This document shows, one piece after another, positions 26,246 through 32,000 of a stretch of DNA of 32,000 nucleotides; position 1 is the first letter of the stretch, and each line of letters begins with the position of its first letter. The notes beneath the pieces are model-generated. The model saw nothing but the letters and a program-made list of their open reading frames with translations, was not told the origin of the DNA and searched no databases. A program made the translations under genes and the position numbers. This DNA comes from Crocosphaera subtropica ATCC 51142. Lineage in GTDB: Bacteria > Cyanobacteriota > Cyanobacteriia > Cyanobacteriales > Microcystaceae. The stretch is taken from positions 300,001-332,000 of the forward strand of contig NC_010546.1 of NCBI RefSeq assembly GCF_000017845.1, read 5' to 3'.

Positions 26246-26270
26246 TAGGGGCTTAATAGTATTAAGCTCC
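26246..26270. repeat. Copy 2 (inverted orientation, slightly degenerate) of the GGGGCTTAAT..ATTAAGCCCC hairpin element; likely terminator of the 25249-26220 cassette
   Basis: TAGGGGCTTAATAGTATTAAGCTCC equals the reverse complement of the 11104-11130 element with one mismatch in the 3' arm. Lies 26 nt after the stop at 26220. Confidence 0.7.
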
Positions 26271-26367
26271 ACTTAAAATTAAATTAATTATAAGTAAATA
26301 ATTGACAACAAAATAACAGGGAAATGTGTCACAATAAATAGTCCAGGTGTTAACTCCCTAGACAACG

Positions 26368-28827
26368 ATGGCTACAGGAAATCCCGACTGGATACGTTTA
26401 GATAAAGCCCTTTCTATTGAAGCAGACAAAGGATGTACCAATTTACAGGGTAATCAATATCAGTTTAATGAATTTTTGTGCCTAAATTTCGGTCAAAGCC
26501 CCCCAACTGGGACTCCTACAAGCGATCGCAGAAAGTGGCAAAATTTTGCTGCTCAATATGCTGATTATTCTAACTTAAGTGTAGCACAAAGAAAGACCTT
26601 AATTAGTCAAACTCGTCAATTTTTATACGAACTGAGAAAGACATTAGAAACCCCTAGGGAACTACCCCCTCCAAAGCTACCGAAAACCACAGCGATTACG
26701 GATAAAAAAGCTTCGTTACGTCCTGTTACTTTAGACCAATCTTTAAACAATTTAGCAGAGGTGGGTTATAAAAGAGGAGAATTATTAAAAAGATTGGGCC
26801 TCCATACCGTCAAAGACATCCTATTTTATTATCCTCGTGATCATATTGATTATGCCCGTCAGGTCGCTATTTCTAATTTAGTAGCAGGGGAAACGGTTAC
26901 CATAGTAGGAACCGTAAAACGTTGTAATTGTTTTACCAGTCCCAAGAATAAAAAATTGAGTATTTTTGAGTTGATTTTAAGAGATCATACGGGACATATT
27001 AAACTTAATCGTTTTTTTGCAGGGACTCGTTTTACGAGTAGAGGATGGCAAGAAAGGCAAAAACGGATTTATCCGTTAGGTTCCATCGTAGCAGCATCAG
27101 GATTAGTTAAACAAAATCGCTATGGAATTACATTAGATAATCCAGAAATTGAAGTTTTAGATAGTGTGGGTTCTAGTATCGAGTCTCTTAAAATTGGTCG
27201 AGTATTACCCGTGTATCCCTTAACTGAAGGGGTAGGGGCTGACTTAATTCGTAAAGCGATTATTGCCAGTTTAGAAGCCATTAAACAAATAAGAGATCCC
27301 TTACCTAGAGTGTTGAGAGAACAATACGGATTAATGGGTTTAAAAGATGCAATTGGTAATATTCATTTTCCTGAAACCCCTGAATTATTAGCCCATGCAA
27401 GACGGCGTTTAGTTTTCGATGAATTCTTTTATTTACAATTAGGATTTTTACAACGTCGTCAAGAACAAAAGCAAGTTCATAACAGTGCTGTTTTTACCCC
27501 TCAAGGTAAATTAATTAAGCAATTTGATGACATCTTGCCTTTTAAACTAACCAATGCTCAACAACGAGTGATTAACGAAATTTTAGAAGATTTAAACTCA
27601 GTGACTCCCATGAATCGCTTAGTCCAAGGAGATGTAGGTGCAGGGAAAACAATTGTTGCTGTTTTTGCCATTTTAGCAGCCTTACAATCGGGTTATCAAG
27701 CAGCATTAATGGCACCAACAGAAGTCTTGGCAGAACAACATTATCGTAAATTCATTCCTTGGTTTAATCAGCTATATTTACCCGTAGAACTGTTAACAGG
27801 TTCAACTAAAAAAGCGAAAAGAGAAGAAATACACCGTCAATTACAAACAGGAGAATTACCCCTTTTAGTAGGAACTCATGCCTTAATTCAAGACCCTGTC
27901 AACTTCCAAAAATTAGGCTTAGTGGTCATTGATGAGCAACACAGGTTTGGGGTACAACAACGGGCAAAACTATTAGCAAAAGGCAAATCTCCCCACGTTT
28001 TAACCATGACTGCAACCCCCATTCCTCGCACCTTAGCTTTAACGTTACACGGGGATTTAGATGTGAGTCAAATTGATGAATTACCACCAGGAAGACAAGC
28101 AATTCAGACCACAGTATTAACAGGAAAAGAACGCACCCAAGCATATGATTTGATTCGCCGAGAAGTTGCTCAAGGACGGCAAGTTTATATTATTTTTCCT
28201 ATGATTGAAGAATCAGAAAAATTAGATGTAAAAGCAGCAGTAGAAGAACACAAAAAACTCTCAGAAAAAGTATTTCCAGACTTTAAGATTGGACTGTTAC
28301 ACGGACGAATGAGTTCAACTGCAAAAGATGAGGTTTTAACCGCTTTCCGAGATAATGAATATCAGATTATTGTCTCAACAACCGTTATAGAAGTTGGGGT
28401 AGATGTTCCCAATGCAACCATCATGTTAATTGAAAATGCAGAACGGTTTGGACTGTCACAACTCCATCAATTAAGGGGTAGAGTGGGAAGGGGTTCTCAT
28501 AAGTCCTATTGTCTATTGATGAGTAGTAGTAAAACCCCCGATGTAAGGCAACGATTAACCGTATTAGAACAGTCCCAAGATGGTTTTTTTATCTCAGAAA
28601 TGGATTTAAGATTTAGAGGACCAGGAACCGTTTTAGGAACCCGTCAATCCGGTTTACCTGACTTTGCTTTAGCGAGTTTAGTCGAAGACCAAGAGGTGTT
28701 AGAATTAGCAAGATTGGCAGCAGAAAAAATTATTGTAGCTGACCAAACTTTAGGCAGTTTACCCTCTTTGAAGAAAGAATTAGAAACTCGCTACAAGAAG
28801 TTAATGGGGGGAGAAATATTAACTTAA
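26368..28827 (+). CDS. recG: ATP-dependent DNA helicase RecG
   Basis: 819 aa. Wedge/OB region, then SF2 helicase motifs RLVQGDVGAGKT, VVIDEQHRFG, LTMTATPIPRT, STTVIEVGVDVPNA and QLRGRVGRG, plus the RecG-typical DLRFRGPG. Confidence 0.92.
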   Translation: MATGNPDWIRLDKALSIEADKGCTNLQGNQYQFNEFLCLNFGQSPPTGTPTSDRRKWQNFAAQYADYSNLSVAQRKTLISQTRQFLYELRKTLETPRELPPPKLPKTTAITDKKASLRPVTLDQSLNNLAEVGYKRGELLKRLGLHTVKDILFYYPRDHIDYARQVAISNLVAGETVTIVGTVKRCNCFTSPKNKKLSIFELILRDHTGHIKLNRFFAGTRFTSRGWQERQKRIYPLGSIVAASGLVKQNRYGITLDNPEIEVLDSVGSSIESLKIGRVLPVYPLTEGVGADLIRKAIIASLEAIKQIRDPLPRVLREQYGLMGLKDAIGNIHFPETPELLAHARRRLVFDEFFYLQLGFLQRRQEQKQVHNSAVFTPQGKLIKQFDDILPFKLTNAQQRVINEILEDLNSVTPMNRLVQGDVGAGKTIVAVFAILAALQSGYQAALMAPTEVLAEQHYRKFIPWFNQLYLPVELLTGSTKKAKREEIHRQLQTGELPLLVGTHALIQDPVNFQKLGLVVIDEQHRFGVQQRAKLLAKGKSPHVLTMTATPIPRTLALTLHGDLDVSQIDELPPGRQAIQTTVLTGKERTQAYDLIRREVAQGRQVYIIFPMIEESEKLDVKAAVEEHKKLSEKVFPDFKIGLLHGRMSSTAKDEVLTAFRDNEYQIIVSTTVIEVGVDVPNATIMLIENAERFGLSQLHQLRGRVGRGSHKSYCLLMSSSKTPDVRQRLTVLEQSQDGFFISEMDLRFRGPGTVLGTRQSGLPDFALASLVEDQEVLELARLAAEKIIVADQTLGSLPSLKKELETRYKKLMGGEILT

Positions 28828-28983
28828 TTATTTTTAATATAAATTTTTTAGACAATTCAAGTATGATAAAAACTACCGTGTTGATTATTTTCATAATTTA
28901 TCGTTTAAACCTTGACCATTTCCTAATTTTTCAGACAATTTTAATTCAATATAAAAACGACTATACCGATTACCTAAACTAAA

Positions 28984-30762
28984 ATGCTGAAACTTTTAAA
29001 AATTCTAGATTATGGGCTAATTCGTCTAGTTTTTTACCTACTAATCGCTATTGGATTGGTCAAATTTAGTATTTGGTTGTTCAAACCATTAACACTACAA
29101 ATCCGTCCCTTTGATATCATTAAAGAGGAGACTGTTCAAAGGGGACAAGGGGAATGGGTTGCACGAAGATTATCAGAAAAGATCCGAAGAATTCAGGGAA
29201 AATTAACTGAGGAACTACCCAAACCGCAAGATGAGTCTAGTCTCCCTGTCATTGCTATTCCTAATCCAATTCTAGCTTCACCTATAGAAACACCTTTAGT
29301 ACCATCTGACGTGCAAAATTCTTTACCTAATCCTGAATTTTTTCGTCCATTTAACTTTGATATTATCGGATTTATCAATTTTTTTGCCACTTTACTACAA
29401 CGAGGCCCTATACTTGAGGGCAGTGTGTTTATTCACAACAATATCTATGAAATCGTAGCTGAAGCCTATCAGCAACAATGGCGAGTGAGTGCTGGAAGCC
29501 TCGAAGAATCCCTCACTAGCTTAGCCTATGCAATCGTGTTTAATCAACTTCAAAAATATCCACAAGAAAATGTCACGCGTTTTGATAATGCCGAAGATTT
29601 TCAATCTTTTATGAATGCACGTCTAGAATTTGAAACTTATTTAGACGATCAAGGATTAGCAAGACAAAGTAGACTGGATCATCGATTAGAAAAAGCAATC
29701 GAATACCTCAAACCATTGACTGAAAAAAACTCTCGCTCTATTTTGCCATTTTCTTATCTTGCCAGTATTTATACTTGCTTAAATGCACCTGAAAGGGCTG
29801 TAATAATGTTAAGAGAAGCCAAGACAATTGATCCACAGGATTCATGGGTAAATGCGACACTAGATAAGGTACAATCCCGACTCGCCTCCCAAGAGTCAAC
29901 TGGCCAGTTAGGTGCTTTAAACGAACTAAGCAATCAACAAGCTTTTGAGTTAATTCGTGTTCAAAAAGCCATTGCAGCAGCACAAAAAACGAATACAGAA
30001 CAACCTGTAAAAGTGGCAGTTCTTGCTGATGGTTTTTTTTCATCCCTCAAGGAACTTAATGATCGTATTTTAGCCAGTAAAAGCTTTGTTCCTGATGAAG
30101 AAATCACACAAGAAGCTTCTGGTCATGGAACCAGTATTGTAGCCTTGATTGCAGCCATTGCACCAACTGCTCAAATTATTCCTATCAAGGTACTCTCTTC
30201 AAAGGGGATCGGACAAGATTCTTGGATTCTTGAAGGTCTTGAATATGCTAGTCAGCAGAAGGCTCAAGTCTTACTGTTGCCTCTTGGTAATTCTTCTTCC
30301 GAATCAAGACCTGTTTATGATGCGATGATTGATAGGATTAAACGGAAGAATGTTTTACCCATTGCTTCTACAGGAGTAGACCGTTCTGAAGTTCCCCAGT
30401 TTCCAGCAACAATTCCAGGTATGTTTGTTGTGGGAACGATCAACAATCAACAGCAACTTGCTAGTTTTTCTAGCTATGGATCATGGGTTTCCTTGGTGGC
30501 ACCAGGTGTAGATATTAAAACCATTGGTAAAGATGATAAAGTTCAAGTGGTGCGCGGTGGCTCCTATTCTTCTGCTATTGTTGCAGGAGTAGCCGCACTG
30601 GTTTTCTCGCTTCAACCTGATCTTAGTGTGACTGATGTGGAAACAATTTTGCAACAAAGTGCGGTGACTATCACTACTCACTTACCAGAAAATAACCAAG
30701 AATTGAAAATGCGCCGAGTGGATGCTTTAAATGCAGTTATTAAAGCCATATCATCTAGATAG
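28984..30762 (+). CDS. Membrane-anchored protein with a TPR-like middle region and a C-terminal S8 (subtilisin-like) peptidase domain
   Basis: 592 aa. N-terminal TM helix LIRLVFYLLIAIGLVKFSIWLF. Candidate catalytic triad in D-H-S order: VKVAVLADGF, SGHGTSIVALI, GGSYSSAIVAGVAALV. Confidence 0.7.
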   Translation: MLKLLKILDYGLIRLVFYLLIAIGLVKFSIWLFKPLTLQIRPFDIIKEETVQRGQGEWVARRLSEKIRRIQGKLTEELPKPQDESSLPVIAIPNPILASPIETPLVPSDVQNSLPNPEFFRPFNFDIIGFINFFATLLQRGPILEGSVFIHNNIYEIVAEAYQQQWRVSAGSLEESLTSLAYAIVFNQLQKYPQENVTRFDNAEDFQSFMNARLEFETYLDDQGLARQSRLDHRLEKAIEYLKPLTEKNSRSILPFSYLASIYTCLNAPERAVIMLREAKTIDPQDSWVNATLDKVQSRLASQESTGQLGALNELSNQQAFELIRVQKAIAAAQKTNTEQPVKVAVLADGFFSSLKELNDRILASKSFVPDEEITQEASGHGTSIVALIAAIAPTAQIIPIKVLSSKGIGQDSWILEGLEYASQQKAQVLLLPLGNSSSESRPVYDAMIDRIKRKNVLPIASTGVDRSEVPQFPATIPGMFVVGTINNQQQLASFSSYGSWVSLVAPGVDIKTIGKDDKVQVVRGGSYSSAIVAGVAALVFSLQPDLSVTDVETILQQSAVTITTHLPENNQELKMRRVDALNAVIKAISSR

Positions 30763-30773
30763 CATAATTAAGC

Positions 30774-30797
30774 AGGGATAATTGATCAATTATCCCT
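30774..30797 (+). terminator. Perfect 24-nt palindrome AGGGATAATTGATCAATTATCCCT just after the S8 peptidase stop
   Basis: Self-complementary, 12 nt after the TAG at 30760-30762, followed by ACGGATTTTATC (short T run). Confidence 0.55.
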
Positions 30798-31046
30798 ACG
30801 GATTTTATCAAAATCAACCCTGTTGCCTGTTCAGAAAAGCATTCAGCAGTTCCTTAACGAAACCTGAGTTCGACGGAAGAGAATCTATGGAGAACTGACA
30901 ACCAACAAGAAGTCTCAAACCCTGATTCCTTCGTTAAAAAAATTCTAACTCCGTTGCGTAGCACGACGTAGTCGCACTCCGAACTCCTAACACCGAACTC
31001 ACGTTAACGAAGTTCAGACTAAGCCCGAACAGTATGTAAAAATAGT

Positions 31047-31919
31047 TTATTGTATAGACATCACCTTTCGATTTCTTACTAAGAGAGCAAATCCTGCGCT
31101 AGTCACAAACATCACTAAACTATAGATACCTGCAGGAATAGCCATAGTGGGTGAATTTAACAACACACTGGCAATAGTAATCGCTAAAGTGCCGTTTTGA
31201 ATACCTACTTCAACGGTGATAGTTTTGGTACTCTTTTCGTCAAGTTTAGCCATGATACCGATCGCATATCCAAGGAACATGGTCACTAAATTTAAGCTTA
31301 AAGTTACTCCTCCAACCTGTAAAAAAGAAGATAATAACGTAGCACGTTCTTTAAGTAATAAACCAAATATAATTAATCCCAAAAAAGATAAAGATAACCA
31401 TTTAACAATTTTTTCTAGTTTAGCTGCTAATTTGGGTTGATAGTAGTTGAGTAACATCCCTAAAGAAATAGGAAGTAGGATCATAAGAGCAATTTGAGTG
31501 ATGGTTTTTGAGAGAGGCAACTGTAACGCTGTGTCTGTTCCCATAAATGTCTGCATTCCTAAATTAATCACCAGAGGAATGGTCACAATAGTAACAAGAC
31601 TACCGATAGCAGTTAAACTAATAGATAAAGCGACATTACCTCTTACTAAATAACTGATGACATTAGATGTAGCTCCTCCTGGACAAGCAGCTAAAATAAT
31701 TACGCCAACTGCTAACTCTGGGGTTAGAGAGAACACTCCAGCTAACAAAAAACCGACAAGAGGTAAGATAATTAATTGAGCAATTAAGCCCCAAAATACG
31801 CCTTTCGGTTCGATTAAAATGCGCTGAAAATCAGTAATCTTTAAGCCTAAACCCATACCCATCATAATCATAAATAGAGCAAGGGGAAGAAAAACCGCTG
31901 AGAGAAAATTAGACTCCAT
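31047..31919 (-). CDS. Bile acid:sodium symporter (BASS/SBF) family transporter
   Basis: About 290 aa polytopic membrane protein with ACPGGATSNVISYL and EVGIQNGTLAI, typical of the BASS family. ATG 31919 (MESNFLS) preferred over the start at 31934. Confidence 0.8.
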   Translation of the reverse strand: MESNFLSAVFLPLALFMIMMGMGLGLKITDFQRILIEPKGVFWGLIAQLIILPLVGFLLAGVFSLTPELAVGVIILAACPGGATSNVISYLVRGNVALSISLTAIGSLVTIVTIPLVINLGMQTFMGTDTALQLPLSKTITQIALMILLPISLGMLLNYYQPKLAAKLEKIVKWLSLSFLGLIIFGLLLKERATLLSSFLQVGGVTLSLNLVTMFLGYAIGIMAKLDEKSTKTITVEVGIQNGTLAITIASVLLNSPTMAIPAGIYSLVMFVTSAGFALLVRNRKVMSIQ

Positions 31920-32000
31920 AGGAACTCCACACACAAAACTTTTAGCTATCTTACAATAGTTTGACGAATATGGTTATTTTTGTATTGCACCTAATACCAA

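Overview
This is a cyanobacterial chromosome segment. Support: 20 perfect HIP1 palindromes (GCGATCGC), the chlorophyll genes chlM and por, a CmpA-type bicarbonate ABC transporter, an SLH-OprB porin and a ThiO-ThiG fusion. Most genes are housekeeping: cmpCBA (window starts inside cmpC), thiO/G, hisH, panB, chlM, a PP2C phosphatase, an ABC1 kinase, tRNA-Leu(GAG), por, recG and a BASS transporter. Several AT-rich accessory loci sit among them. (1) 7134-9252 (-): a radical SAM/SPASM maturase preceded by two tandem Gly-rich-repeat precursor genes. This is a GrrM/GrrA-type (triceptide/cyclophane) RiPP cluster and the most interesting locus here. The precursors have 9 and 6 aromatic-x-Asn motifs, Sec-like signal peptides and non-ATG starts. 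(2) 19143-23865 (+): a two-partner-secretion pair (TpsA with TPS domain, and a ShlB/FhaC-type TpsB) preceded by a 55-aa secreted peptide ending in a CFPGRC loop. (3) 25249-26220 (+): an orphan two-gene coiled-coil cassette. (4) 28984-30762 (+): a membrane-anchored TPR-like/S8 peptidase. There are also dispersed hairpin repeats, a perfect 16-bp AT-rich palindrome in the long porin leader, and a repeat-dense intergenic region at 30798-31046. All family assignments come from reading motifs and from memory. No searches were run.
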